NCBI GenBank assembly: GCA_017463365.1
Contig: JAFTPH010000038.1
Span: forward strand, 329 to 64,328
DNA from: Bacilli bacterium
GTDB taxonomy: Bacteria; Bacillota_I; Bacilli_A; ML615J-28; CAG-313
Length of the DNA: 64,000 nucleotides
Direction of reading: 5' to 3'
This document shows, one piece after another, positions 1 through 9,883 of this stretch. Position numbers and translations under genes: made by a program. Under the pieces are notes generated by a model. That model had not been told where the DNA came from and searched no databases. It was given only the letters and a program-made list of their open reading frames with translations. The number at the start of each line of letters is the position of its first letter. Position 1 is the first letter of the stretch.

Positions 1-796
1 GTAAGAATGGTGTTACTTTTTTACCAGTTATATTTAATGCTTCTGCTTCAGCTAATGCTTCACTTATTGCTTTATTCATAACATTTTCATCTAATGAATA
101 TTCAGCTGGTACTGGGTTAGTAACAAGAACTCCACCGTTTAAATTCATTTCCCATTTATACTTTAAGATATCAGCAATTTCTTTTGGTGTATCAACTCTA
201 AAGTTTACATCATATTCACTAGTTCTTGTATAGAAAGCTGGTAATTTATCAGTACCATATCCTAAAACTAAAACCCCTTTAGTTTCTAGATATTCTAGTG
301 TTTTTTCTAAATCAAGGATTGCTTTAGCACCAGCACAAACAACACATACATTTGTTTGAGCAAGTTCTTCTAAGTCATTAGAGATATCCATTGTAACTTC
401 GGCTTTTTTGTGAACTCCACCGATTCCTCCGGTTGCAAAAACCTTTATTCCCGCAATAGATGCTAAAATCATTGTTGCACTTACAGTTGTTGCTCCATCT
501 AAAGATTTAGCCATAACATATGGTAAATCACGACGAGACACTTTAACTACTTCTAAACCACGACGTCCAATATAATCAATTTCTTCATGACTTAATCCAA
601 TTACGGCTTCCCCTTGGATTAAAGCAATGGTTGCTGGAACAGCACCATTTTTTAGCACTGTTTCTTCGCATTTAAGCGCTGTTTCAACATTTTCAGGGTA
701 AGGCATCCCATGAGAAATAATTGTTGATTCTAAAGCGACAATTGGTTGATTATTTTTTAAAGCTTCTTCTACATGTTTTCCAAGTCTAATTCGCAT
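1..796 (-). CDS. psuG: Pseudouridine-5'-phosphate glycosidase (3' end runs off the window)
   Basis: Not in the ORF track. Hand translation from the ATG at 796 gives MRIRLGKHVEEALKNNQPIVALESTIISHGMPYPEN...SRRDL...GATTV...FATGGIGGVH...DISNDL...CAGAKAILD, the hallmark PsuG/IndA motifs. The frame is open to the window edge. Confidence 0.95.
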   Translation of the reverse strand, partial: MRIRLGKHVEEALKNNQPIVALESTIISHGMPYPENVETALKCEETVLKNGAVPATIALIQGEAVIGLSHEEIDYIGRRGLEVVKVSRRDLPYVMAKSLDGATTVSATMILASIAGIKVFATGGIGGVHKKAEVTMDISNDLEELAQTNVCVVCAGAKAILDLEKTLEYLETKGVLVLGYGTDKLPAFYTRTSEYDVNFRVDTPKEIADILKYKWEMNLNGGVLVTNPVPAEYSLDENVMNKAISEALAEAEALNITGKKVTPFL

Positions 797-797
797 G

Positions 798-2627
798 CTA
801 TTTCTTTTCTCCTGATGGATATAATGTAAATGTTGAAGATTGTTCGAAAACATATGTACCTTTAACAACTTTTAATGTAACGGTAACATCAGTTGCTTTA
901 GAAACTGGTTTAGCATACATTAATCCATTGGCTACTGATTCAAATAACTCTGGATTAGACACAGTCCATGTAACCTCTGCATCTGCTAAATATTTCATTG
1001 CTACATATTCTTTCGCAACCATTTGTAAGAATTCATTATAACGATCAGTTCTAAGCATATAACTTGGACATTCTTTACCTGATGTATCATGGTGACGAAC
1101 TACGTTATCGAATGTTAAATTATATTTATGCATTAAGTAAGCAATAAGTTTTGCGTCTTGATGCATTGCACCATCATAGTTACCATCTTGGTTAATACAC
1201 ATTTCGATACCAATTGAGTTAGAGTTACGATATGGTAACCATTTACCATAATCTCCACCTGCGTGCCAACAATATACTTCATCATCAAATGATTGATAGA
1301 TACCTTCATGGTCTACTTGATAGTTCCAAGAAGCTGGTGAATATGGACGATTTCCATATGCTCTATCATATTGGATTTTAGCAAGTAATTCCGCATTATT
1401 TCCTTCTCCTGGCATACCAGATTCATGAACTACAATCCATAGAATATTTTCTTCATTAGGGATAACATATCCTTCATAGAAGTGTTCATAAACGGCTTTA
1501 AGGTTAGAGTTATTAGGATCAGTTGAAATTGCTGGATGAGTTGCACTTGTCCAGTGTTCAACAAGTCCTGGTTTTGTTACATCAATAAAGTAATCTTGTT
1601 TTAAGAATGGTGATTTACCATCAATTAAGTTAAGTACCGCACCATCGTATGTCGCATATTGTTCTTTTAAGAATAATTCACCTGTTCCATATTGATCATA
1701 AACAATATTTTTATGAGCAATAATCTTAGTAGGCATAATTGTTGATAACCATAAGTTTAAGAATTCTTCTTCACTTGCTCCACCAAAATCATCAATTGTG
1801 AAAGCATTTTGTAATGATGCATCTCCACTAATTACGTGATATGTAAAAGTGCAACTTACTTTATCAACTGGTCTAATTAATACACCTTCTGGACTAATTG
1901 TTCCTGGCACACTGCTACTCCAAGAAATAGTTGCACCTAGTGTTGGGTGAGTTGAAGGAAGTTGAGTAATTAATCCTTCTTGGAATAAAGCTGTTTGTTC
2001 TTCTGCCCAAGACATTACTTTTTTAACAAGTTGAGCATCAGTGTATTTAGCAAGAGTAATATCTTTTGTAAATACTTTTCTTTCGTTTCCTTTAATAATT
2101 GTAACCTCAAATGTTACCACTTGGTCTTCATTTGTTTGGTTTACAACCCCTTCACTAGTAATGATTTCTTCATTAAGTGATTTATACATAACACTAAATT
2201 CACCATAATTACTAGTTACAAGTTTTAAATCTTTAACTGTAGATGATTTTAGTTTAGGTCCATAGTATTCCCATGCGATATCAAATAAACCTTCAGTATC
2301 AGCTTTTACTAATACTTCAAATTCTTTACTATGTTTTTCACCTTCAACTTCAATTGTTGCCCTCATAGTTACAGTTTTATCTTCTGTTTGAATATAACTA
2401 TATCCTTCAGGAGCTAATACATCAGGATCACTACTTTCCCAAGTAATTGGCGTAGCTGACTCACCTACTGTTTCTGGTAATACAAAACTTGGTGAGAATT
2501 CAGCATCAACTGTAATAGCGTTTAATAATTCTTCCGCTAAATTTTTCTTTGTTGAAGGATTTCCTCCACATCCAGTAATTGTTAAAATTAATAATAGTAA
2601 AAAAATTAAAAAGCTAGTTTTTCTCAT
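798..2627 (-). CDS. Lipoprotein with Ig-like repeats and a C-terminal N-acetylmuramoyl-L-alanine amidase (Amidase_2-type)
   Basis: Lipobox ITGC after a hydrophobic signal. Repeated ITWESSDP/ISWSSSVP Ig-like units. Amidase_2 motifs IVVHES, WNYQVD, CWHAG, NSNSIGIEMC and VVRHHD..GKECP. Confidence 0.88.
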   Translation of the reverse strand: MRKTSFLIFLLLLILTITGCGGNPSTKKNLAEELLNAITVDAEFSPSFVLPETVGESATPITWESSDPDVLAPEGYSYIQTEDKTVTMRATIEVEGEKHSKEFEVLVKADTEGLFDIAWEYYGPKLKSSTVKDLKLVTSNYGEFSVMYKSLNEEIITSEGVVNQTNEDQVVTFEVTIIKGNERKVFTKDITLAKYTDAQLVKKVMSWAEEQTALFQEGLITQLPSTHPTLGATISWSSSVPGTISPEGVLIRPVDKVSCTFTYHVISGDASLQNAFTIDDFGGASEEEFLNLWLSTIMPTKIIAHKNIVYDQYGTGELFLKEQYATYDGAVLNLIDGKSPFLKQDYFIDVTKPGLVEHWTSATHPAISTDPNNSNLKAVYEHFYEGYVIPNEENILWIVVHESGMPGEGNNAELLAKIQYDRAYGNRPYSPASWNYQVDHEGIYQSFDDEVYCWHAGGDYGKWLPYRNSNSIGIEMCINQDGNYDGAMHQDAKLIAYLMHKYNLTFDNVVRHHDTSGKECPSYMLRTDRYNEFLQMVAKEYVAMKYLADAEVTWTVSNPELFESVANGLMYAKPVSKATDVTVTLKVVKGTYVFEQSSTFTLYPSGEKK

Positions 2628-2641
2628 ATTTTAAATCTCCT

Positions 2642-2663
2642 TGAAAACGCTTGTATTATACCA
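2642..2663 (-). promoter_or_regulatory. Extended -10 promoter (TGGTATAAT) abutting a cre/LacI-type box
   Basis: Minus-strand TGGTATAAT at 2663-2655. TGAAAACGCTTGTA at 2642-2655 resembles the cre consensus TGWAANCGNTNWCA. Confidence 0.55.
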
Positions 2664-2715
2664 CATTTTTATCTTTTTTTCAATTATAATACTATGGATA
2701 AATTTTGGAAAAAAG

Positions 2716-2739
2716 AAAAAGGGAATTAATTCCCTTTTT
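2716..2739 (-). terminator. Intrinsic terminator after pheT
   Basis: AAAAAGGGAATTAATTCCCTTTTT inverted repeat with A/T tails immediately after the pheT stop. Confidence 0.7.
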
Positions 2740-5138
2740 TAACTACGAAGTTTAGCTTGATATCTGAATTCAGCCATTTTAATAATTTTATTTACTTTAC
2801 CAGTAATAATTTCATCAGTTAAAACTTCATCAGATTCTAATGTTATACGGAAGGCAACACTCTTTAAGTCATCACCTAGTTTTTCTCCTGTATATATATC
2901 AAATACTGTAACGTTTTTAATCATTGTTTTGTCTGTTCTATAAATCGCTTCAATGATTTCTCCAACATTTTGATCTTTATTCATAACTAAAGCTAAGTCA
3001 CGTTCAACAGCTGGAAGACGAGATATTTGTTTAAACATTTCTTCTGGAAGAGCAATGCCAAATAATTTTTCAACATTTATTTCACATACATATGTTTCAT
3101 CTAAATCTTCTTTATTTGCATAAGCTGGGTGAATTTCTCCAACAAAACCAACTAGCTCATCATTTACATAGATACCAGCACTACGTTTTGGATGTAATTC
3201 TTTACATGGATTTTCTAAAACTTTATATGTTTCTTTAATACCTAAGCGGTTAAATAATGTTTCAATAATTCCTTTGATTGTGTAGAAATCAACAACTTCT
3301 TTTTTATTCATATGGTCATAGCTTGAGAAAACATTTGTCATAGCAAGACCTAAAATCATTTCAGCTTGAGGATTATTATCTTCATCAAAGTAATAACGAT
3401 TACTTAATTCAAAAATATGAATATCATTGTTTTTACGTGTTTTATTGTATTTAACAACTTCAAGTAAACTAGGAATTAGTCCAAGTCTAACGTTTGAACG
3501 TTCTTCACTAATTGGATTTAGTAATTTAACTTCATTATAAGTATTTGGATATAAGTTGTTGAATTTTTCATTAAATTTAGAACTTACAAGGGTATATGTT
3601 AATACTTCACGAAGTCCAAGTTCAGATAAAGTTGTACCAATCACACGACGCATTTTTTGAGAAGGTGTTAAAGCCCCTGATAAATCCATTTTTGGTAATG
3701 TTTCATTTAATTTATCGTATCCATGAAGTCTCGCAATTTCTTCAATAACATCTTGTTTAATTGTAATATCAAGTCTGCGGTTAGGAACTTCAATATTTAT
3801 TTCATCTTTATTTCCAGATGCATAGAAACCTAATTTTTTACAAATTTCAATAATTTCTTCAGTTTTAATATTTACCCCTAAATACTTTTCTACTTCATTT
3901 TCTGTTAAAGAGATTTTCTTACTAGGAACTGATACAATACCTTCATGAACAGAACCTTTTAATACTTTACCACCAGCATATTTTTCTAATAAGTAACATG
4001 CATAGTTGGCTGCTAAAATAGTTTGATTTAAATCTACTCCACGTTCATATCGAACACTTGATTCACTTCTTAAACCTAAACGAGCTGAAGTTTTACGAAC
4101 TGATAATGGTTTAAATACAGCTGATTCTAATACAATATTTTTTGTTGTATCTGATACTCCTGAATTAGCACATCCCATCACTCCCGCGATACAAGTAACT
4201 TTTTCACCATCAGTGATAACAATATCATTTTCGGTTAATGTTCTTTCTTGTTCATCAAGGGTAATTGCTTTTTCACCAGGTTTAGCACATCTTACAACAA
4301 TTTTATCTCCTAAAACATCTTGGTCAAAAGCATGTAATGGTTGACCAAATAATACTAAGATATAGTTAGTGATGTCGACAACATTGTTAATTGGACGAAT
4401 ACCTGAGGCAATAAGTCTTGCTTTAATGAAGTTAGGTGATTCTTTAATTTCTACATCTTTAATGACTTTTGCGTAGTATGATAAACAATCTTCTGTTTCA
4501 AGTTTAACACTTACTTCTTCACTTGCAGCTTTATCTAATTCATTTGCTTCTTCGTATTCATAGATTCTCTCTCTTGAATACATGGCTGAAACGTCATTTG
4601 CTACACCATTCATTGATAATAAGTCCATACGATTAGGTGTTAAACCAAGTTCGATAGCTTCATCATTTAATTCTAAATATTCTAAGGCTGAGGCACCAAG
4701 TGGTGCATCATCATCTAAAACATAAATACCATTTGCATATTTTTCAGGAACATATTTTGATTCAAGTCCAAGTTCAGCTAAAGAACAAATCATACCGTTT
4801 GATTCAACTCCTCTAACCTTTGCTTGTTTAATTGTTCCACCAGGTAAAACAGCACCAGGTAAAGCAAGCATAATTTTTTGCCCTTTGTCAACATTTGGTG
4901 CTCCACAAACAATTTGTAAAATTTCACTTCCTGTATTTACTTTACATACATGTAAGTGGTCAGAATCTGGATGATCTTCAATAGATTCTACATAAGCAAC
5001 GATAATGTTTGAAGCATCAGTTACTTTTTCTGTACCTTCAACTTCGATTGAATAAAGAGATAAATCACGAACTAGTTCATCAAAACTAATGCCTTCTAAA
5101 TCTACTAATTGTTTTAACCATTTATAAGAGACTTTCAT
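2739..5138 (-). CDS. pheT: Phenylalanyl-tRNA synthetase beta subunit
   Basis: 799 aa with QIVCGAPN, LTPNRMD, RPINNVVDITNY, GQPLHAFD and a C-terminal RDLA anticodon-binding domain; follows pheS. Confidence 0.98.
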   Translation of the reverse strand: MKVSYKWLKQLVDLEGISFDELVRDLSLYSIEVEGTEKVTDASNIIVAYVESIEDHPDSDHLHVCKVNTGSEILQIVCGAPNVDKGQKIMLALPGAVLPGGTIKQAKVRGVESNGMICSLAELGLESKYVPEKYANGIYVLDDDAPLGASALEYLELNDEAIELGLTPNRMDLLSMNGVANDVSAMYSRERIYEYEEANELDKAASEEVSVKLETEDCLSYYAKVIKDVEIKESPNFIKARLIASGIRPINNVVDITNYILVLFGQPLHAFDQDVLGDKIVVRCAKPGEKAITLDEQERTLTENDIVITDGEKVTCIAGVMGCANSGVSDTTKNIVLESAVFKPLSVRKTSARLGLRSESSVRYERGVDLNQTILAANYACYLLEKYAGGKVLKGSVHEGIVSVPSKKISLTENEVEKYLGVNIKTEEIIEICKKLGFYASGNKDEINIEVPNRRLDITIKQDVIEEIARLHGYDKLNETLPKMDLSGALTPSQKMRRVIGTTLSELGLREVLTYTLVSSKFNEKFNNLYPNTYNEVKLLNPISEERSNVRLGLIPSLLEVVKYNKTRKNNDIHIFELSNRYYFDEDNNPQAEMILGLAMTNVFSSYDHMNKKEVVDFYTIKGIIETLFNRLGIKETYKVLENPCKELHPKRSAGIYVNDELVGFVGEIHPAYANKEDLDETYVCEINVEKLFGIALPEEMFKQISRLPAVERDLALVMNKDQNVGEIIEAIYRTDKTMIKNVTVFDIYTGEKLGDDLKSVAFRITLESDEVLTDEIITGKVNKIIKMAEFRYQAKLRS

Positions 5139-5140
5139 AA

Positions 5141-6175
5141 TTATTCTCCCCTTTCAAATTGTTTTAAGAAACGTACATCATTAGTATATAAGTGACGAAT
5201 ATCATCAATACCATGACGTAACATTGTAACACGTTCAATACCAATACCAAACGCAAATCCACGCATCACTTCTGGATCATATCCTGCCGCTTTTAAAACG
5301 TTAGGATGAACCATACCAGCTCCTAGGATTTCAATCCAACCAGTTTTTTTACACATTGGACAACCCTTTCCTCCACATTTAAAACAAGATACGTCCACTT
5401 CAACACTTGGTTCAGTAAATGGGAAATATGATGGTTTAAATCTAATTTTACGATCTTCCCCAAACATCTTTTTAATAAATAAACTTAAAGTTCCTTTTAA
5501 ATCAGACATTGTGATGTCTTTATCAACAACTAACCCTTCAAATTGCATAAATTGATGTGAGTGTGTCGCATCATCATCATCACGGCGGTATACTTTACCA
5601 GGGCATAAAATTTTAATTGGTTGACCCTTTGCTTTAAGCATTGTTCTTGCTTGAACAGGTGAAGTTTGCGTACGCATTAATAAATTTTCCGTGATATAGA
5701 ATGAATCTTGCATATCACGAGCAGGATGTCCTTTTGGAACGTTTAACATTTCAAAGTTATATAAGTCAAGTTCTACTTCTGGACCTTCAGCAATATCATA
5801 ACCCATTCCAATAAAGATATCTTCTACTTCTCTAATTGTTTTTGTCATTACATGAAGGGAACCTCTTGAGAACTTTTTACCAGGTAAAGTTACATCAATC
5901 TTTTCACTTTCAAGTTTCGCATTAACCGCTTGTTCTTCTAAATAAGCTCTTTTTGCGTTAACTGTTTGTTCAATTAAATTTTTAAATTCATTAGCTTTTT
6001 GACCAAATGATTTTCTTTCTTCTGGTGATAAAGATCCCATTTGTTTCATTATTTCATTTAATGGACTCTTTTTTCCTAAATATTCACTACGACATTCATT
6101 TAGTTCAAGTTGAGTTTTAGCCGCATTAATTTTTTCAACTGCGACACTTTTCATTTCTTCTAATTTCTTTAACAT
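5141..6175 (-). CDS. pheS: Phenylalanyl-tRNA synthetase alpha subunit
   Basis: [41 protein letters not shown] and [10 protein letters not shown] motifs. Confidence 0.98.
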   Translation of the reverse strand: MLKKLEEMKSVAVEKINAAKTQLELNECRSEYLGKKSPLNEIMKQMGSLSPEERKSFGQKANEFKNLIEQTVNAKRAYLEEQAVNAKLESEKIDVTLPGKKFSRGSLHVMTKTIREVEDIFIGMGYDIAEGPEVELDLYNFEMLNVPKGHPARDMQDSFYITENLLMRTQTSPVQARTMLKAKGQPIKILCPGKVYRRDDDDATHSHQFMQFEGLVVDKDITMSDLKGTLSLFIKKMFGEDRKIRFKPSYFPFTEPSVEVDVSCFKCGGKGCPMCKKTGWIEILGAGMVHPNVLKAAGYDPEVMRGFAFGIGIERVTMLRHGIDDIRHLYTNDVRFLKQFERGE

Positions 6176-6189
6176 GATTTCCTCCTAAA

Positions 6190-6440
6190 ATAAAAAGCCC
6201 TTAACTAAAATTGTCTTAAGACAATTTGTTAAGGACGAAAGCTTTTTTTCGTGGTACCACCTTAGTTCAAAAATTAAACACTCTTAATTTTCCTCATTAT
6301 GCTTGTTAACACAGTTTCCCTGCGAGTGTTGTTAGCACCAGCTCCTAAGGCGAACTTTCAAAAACGTTTATTAGATGTTTTCCACCAATAACATCCTCTC
6401 TATCAATAAAGCTGTTTTTTACTCTTCCTTGATCATCGCA
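6190..6440 (-). ncRNA. T-box riboswitch (Phe) in the pheST leader
   Basis: On the minus strand: AGTA box, AGAGAG and GGTGGAAA distal-loop motifs, specifier GAAAG-TTC (TTC = Phe, 6354-6352), T-box AAGGTGGTACCACG (6263-6250), then terminator CCTTAAC...GTTAAGGGCTTTTT. Promoter TGGTATAAT at 6464-6456. Confidence 0.92.
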
Positions 6441-6682
6441 TTTATATACGTATATATTATACCAAAAAGTTCTTATTTTGTCTTCTTTTTTACAAATGAA
6501 AAACACAAAGCTTTTTGAAAAAGCAACAGCTCTTTAAAGTTTTTTAGGTTTTCTTTTTGTGGTACTAACTTCTCACCATTTCTTAATTAATATTAAAATA
6601 AAGTAAATACTTTTCATTTTTTAGTCCACATCTATATTATGCACAGAATATAATCAATAATTAAAAGTGGTTTTAAAAGTTT

Positions 6683-7534
6683 TTATAACAATAACTCTCG
6701 CCAATTAGTTGGAAACCCCATTCTATTTAAATCAATATCTTCACTATACTCTTCTATTAATGCTTCTAGTTCTATAACGAAATTTTTCCAATCAGTTTTC
6801 CAACATAATAATTCCTTCATAACTAGCAAATAACTAAATAAAGTCTTTGTAAATTTAAACGAATAATTTTTGGGAGTTTTAGGGATTGAAATCATATGGG
6901 TGTTATAAATTCTTGCATAATGCGCACAACAATTTCTTAAATGAGTCAAACAATATAACCATGATGATAATTTATCATGTTTAACATTTAAAGATTTTGA
7001 TATTTCTTTTTGAAGTTGTGTATCTAGTTGATAATACATTTTTGATATAAAACCAAAATCAAAAAATTCAATTATCACCCATAACGGGAAATGCCCTTGA
7101 TATTTCTCACAGTGATGAATTATAATTGGATTGCTCTTATTCCTTTCTAAACATTTAGATATTTTTTCTTGTAATGCACCTTCATCAAACATAGCATTAT
7201 AATTATTTCCATTTAAATAACCTAAAGGCCCATATTTCTTTGAATGAAAATATGCAATTTTTGTTTTAATCATTACCTCTATATATTCAATAATGTAACT
7301 TATCATATTTCTAAGTTTTCTATCAAATAAATAGTTTCTATAAACTTTATTAAATGTTGTTCCCTCTATATATTTATCTTCTGATTCCTTAAAAGGCAAA
7401 AAATAAGAGGCTAAACGATAGTAATTAACATCTCTTAAAACAGTATGCACTTCATTTTCGTCTTCTATTAAACAACCACGACTTCTTAATAATATAATTT
7501 GTTCATCAATACTTAAGTGTTCCTTAACATTCAT
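6683..7534 (-). CDS. Abi family (Abi_2/AbiD-AbiF-like) HEPN RNase
   Basis: EQIILLRSRG, NYYRL, YLFDRKLR, PLWVIIE and the HEPN R-X4-H motif LRNCCAH, ending MGFPTNW. The start was moved from 7678 to the ATG at 7534 (AGGATG upstream), because the longer ORF runs through the promoter and hairpin. Confidence 0.88.
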   Translation of the reverse strand: MNVKEHLSIDEQIILLRSRGCLIEDENEVHTVLRDVNYYRLASYFLPFKESEDKYIEGTTFNKVYRNYLFDRKLRNMISYIIEYIEVMIKTKIAYFHSKKYGPLGYLNGNNYNAMFDEGALQEKISKCLERNKSNPIIIHHCEKYQGHFPLWVIIEFFDFGFISKMYYQLDTQLQKEISKSLNVKHDKLSSWLYCLTHLRNCCAHYARIYNTHMISIPKTPKNYSFKFTKTLFSYLLVMKELLCWKTDWKNFVIELEALIEEYSEDIDLNRMGFPTNWRELLL

Positions 7535-7547
7535 ATTTATCATCCTA

Positions 7548-7600
7548 TAAAAAAAACATCTCCCCTGGGCCACATTTAAAAGAGGTGCGGGGAGTTTTAT
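7548..7600 (-). ncRNA. Putative abiF-type RNA hairpin (candidate RNA antitoxin or leader)
   Basis: GC-rich stem CTCCCC...GGGGAG (7560-7594) enclosing GCACCTCTTTTAAATGTGGCCCA, followed by a T-run. It lies between an extended -10 (TGATATAAT, 7616-7608) and the Abi start. Confidence 0.65.
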
Positions 7601-7845
7601 CAATATCATTATATCACAAAATTTACTTATGTTGCCTATAACAGTTATGAAAGCGTTTTCCATTGTGTTGCATTTCAAATGGGTTTCTTAATTTAATGTC
7701 ATACTAAATAAAGATACTTTTAGTGGTCTAAACTTTTACGTACGATACACGTATCGCAACCTTAAAGAATTAATAAAACCCATAAACATATTGATTTTAC
7801 GAGGTTTAAATTATTTAAACGTTAAATATTTAAAAATTACATTTC

Positions 7846-8026
7846 AGCTTTATTTCCAATAGCAATAATAATCTCAAGATTATAATATTTTATACTGCAT
7901 ATTTTCAATTATTGGCAGTTGTTCGGAAATTCCGAACAGTTAAATTTTCATCTAATTATTGTTCTTCTCTTGTGAAAGCCAAACAGAATCACCACAAAAT
8001 TTAACTTCTAATTTTGTATTGCTATT
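7846..8026 (-). pseudogene. Degraded RhuM-family (virulence RhuM/DNA-binding) gene fragment
   Basis: Minus-strand pieces NTKLEVKFCGDSVWLSQ, LDENLTVRNFRTTA and KYYNLEIIIAIG match successive RhuM N-terminal blocks, with stops, frameshifts and an apparent internal deletion. Confidence 0.7.
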
Positions 8027-8029
8027 AAG

Positions 8030-8057
8030 AAAACACAAAGCTAAAAGCTTTGTGTTT
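8030..8057 (-). terminator. Hairpin terminator downstream of the TetR gene
   Basis: AAACACAAAGCT-AAA-AGCTTTGTGTTT inverted repeat about 35 nt after the TetR stop. Confidence 0.6.
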
Positions 8058-8091
8058 CCCCACTTTATAATACATCTATTAAATCCCTTAA

Positions 8092-8760
8092 TTATTTTTC
8101 TTCGCTTATTCGTTTTTCAATATAAGCTGGCATTTTACTAACTGTATTCTTCGCCAAACCTTTTAAATCAAATAAATAAACAAACTCTTTAATTTCTTTT
8201 ATTTCTTTATCATTATAATCATACATTTTTAAGAAGTTCTCAATAAACTTGTCCACTTTTACTTTCATAGTAAAAAACATATCACATTTTCTAGCTAAAT
8301 AACTTCTCACAATTCCCGCAGAAGATAGTTCTAAACAATAAAAATCTATTGTATCATAATTTGGTAATTTCTCTTTAAATACTTTTTCTAACTTTTTCGT
8401 TAAAGTTATATGAATAATATTACTACTTCTTTCCATTGAATATGCGACATTATACATTTCTCGTAATTCTTCATTACATTCAGCCATATATAATTGTAAT
8501 ACTTTCTCTGTAATATATTTTTTTACAGGATCACTTGTTTTACTGTCTATTTCTTCTTCAATAACTTTAGCTTGTTTATCTAAGATATAAGTTACAATTT
8601 CACATACAAGGTTTTCTTTATATCCTAAAGCGTGCATTATTGATCCATAATTAATACCACTTTCTTTTTCAATTTTTCTAATTGAACTTTTTTCATATCC
8701 TAATGAAAAAAATAGTTTGGTTGCGGTTATAAGTATTTTCTTCTTTAAACCCTTATCCAT
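8092..8760 (-). CDS. TetR/AcrR family transcriptional regulator
   Basis: N-terminal HTH KILITATKLFFSLGYEKSSIRKIEKESGINYGSI; 222 aa. Confidence 0.85.
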   Translation of the reverse strand: MDKGLKKKILITATKLFFSLGYEKSSIRKIEKESGINYGSIMHALGYKENLVCEIVTYILDKQAKVIEEEIDSKTSDPVKKYITEKVLQLYMAECNEELREMYNVAYSMERSSNIIHITLTKKLEKVFKEKLPNYDTIDFYCLELSSAGIVRSYLARKCDMFFTMKVKVDKFIENFLKMYDYNDKEIKEIKEFVYLFDLKGLAKNTVSKMPAYIEKRISEEK

Positions 8761-8780
8761 TTTATACCTCCGGTATCGAA

Positions 8781-8802
8781 TGATATATTTAAAAATATAT
8801 CA
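8781..8802. promoter_or_regulatory. Palindromic operator upstream of the TetR gene
   Basis: TGATATATTT-AA-AAATATATCA perfect inverted repeat 20 nt upstream of the start; this position is typical of TetR autoregulation. Confidence 0.5.
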
Positions 8803-8873
8803 CGATATGATTATATTATATTTGATACTGTATGTCAACTAAAATAATAAAAACCCTTAAAAATTTTAAGGGC

Positions 8874-9158
8874 TTATCTTTGATTATTACATGGATCTTC
8901 ATTAATATGAACTTCACTACATGTATATTTAGGGATGAAACAATTTTCTGTAATATAGTGATGAACAACTTTAGTATGATAGTTGTGAATATATGGTTGT
9001 CTTGTAATATGGTATTGATCAATTACTTCTTCACTACATGTTACAATTGGGTTACATTCTTTATATGTTGTAGGGTAATTATTGTTTTTTTTGCAGCCGC
9101 ATCCACTATTTTGATTTTGTTGTGTTTGGTTTTGATCATTATTTAAGAAGTTAAACAT
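8874..9158 (-). CDS. Small His/Cys-rich protein resembling CotD-family spore coat protein
   Basis: RBS AAAGGAGG. The segment [32 protein letters not shown]...PKYTCSEV parallels the CotD pattern. A hairpin follows at about 8851-8872. Confidence 0.55.
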   Translation of the reverse strand: MFNFLNNDQNQTQQNQNSGCGCKKNNNYPTTYKECNPIVTCSEEVIDQYHITRQPYIHNYHTKVVHHYITENCFIPKYTCSEVHINEDPCNNQR

Positions 9159-9280
9159 TATTGCACCTCCTTTGTACTATATTATATAAATTTAACTCTT
9201 TATTGGTATGTGTTAAAGCCAAAAATTTTCACTTTTCGACTCATCTATTATTTATAATATTAGGTATAGGAGGTATAAGT

Positions 9281-9883
9281 ATGTATTTAACACCCATTGT
9301 TATTGAACAAACCCCAAGAGGAGAGCGTAGTTTCGATATATATTCGCGTCTTTTAGAAGATCGGATTATTTTAGTTTTTGGAGAAATTAACACTTCTTTA
9401 TCCGCATCAGTTATTGCCCAAATGTTGTATTTAGAAAGTGTTGATAAAGAAAAAGACATTTATTTGTATATCAATTCCCCCGGTGGAGAGGTTACCGCAG
9501 GGTTTGCGGTATACGACGTTATGAATTATATTAAACCTAAAGTTGTAACCATTGGTATGGGTCTATGTGCTAGTATGGGAGCATTTTTATTATCTAGTGG
9601 AGCCAAAGGATCAAGGTTTGCTTTAGAAAATTCCAAAATCATGATTCATCAACCACTTGGATCATCTAATGGTCAGGCAACAGATATGATGATTGTAGCT
9701 GAAGAAATTATTAAAACTAAACAAAAACTAAATGAAATTTTAGCTTTTAATACTAGTCAACCACTTAAAAAAATAGCTAAAGATGTTGAGCGTGATTATT
9801 ATCTAACTGCTCGCGATGCTTTAGCTTATGGTTTAATTGATAAAATTTTAACTAATAATTTAAATACCAATCAGGATAACTAG
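9281..9883 (+). CDS. clpP: ATP-dependent Clp protease proteolytic subunit
   Basis: [26 protein letters not shown] (catalytic Ser) and MIHQP. The start was reset to the ATG at 9281 behind AGGAGG. Confidence 0.96.
   Translation: MYLTPIVIEQTPRGERSFDIYSRLLEDRIILVFGEINTSLSASVIAQMLYLESVDKEKDIYLYINSPGGEVTAGFAVYDVMNYIKPKVVTIGMGLCASMGAFLLSSGAKGSRFALENSKIMIHQPLGSSNGQATDMMIVAEEIIKTKQKLNEILAFNTSQPLKKIAKDVERDYYLTARDALAYGLIDKILTNNLNTNQDN

Noticed and set aside
6558-6571. Degenerate T-box-like sequence (minus AAGTTAGTACCACA) suggesting a tandem T-box
   Set aside because: It has mismatches in the core, lies upstream of the pheS promoter, and has no stem I or terminator.
7535-7678. N-terminal extension of the Abi ORF (likewise clpP 9161-9280 and the surface protein 37522-37602)
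   Set aside because: The extensions run through promoter, hairpin or RBS elements; downstream ATGs fit the RBS and family starts.
7920-7938. Palindrome TGTTCGGAA-A-TTCCGAACA as an operator or CRISPR repeat
   Set aside because: It is single copy and encodes the TVRNFRT block of the rhuM remnant.
8816-9146. Alternative ORFs 8816-9022 (-) and 8832-9146 (+)
   Set aside because: They overlap the 8874-9158 gene, which alone has a strong RBS, a terminator and a family-like sequence.
9852-9883. 32-nt convergent overlap of clpP and the RluA gene as antisense regulation
   Set aside because: Short 3' overlaps are common in compact genomes and nothing else supports a regulatory role.
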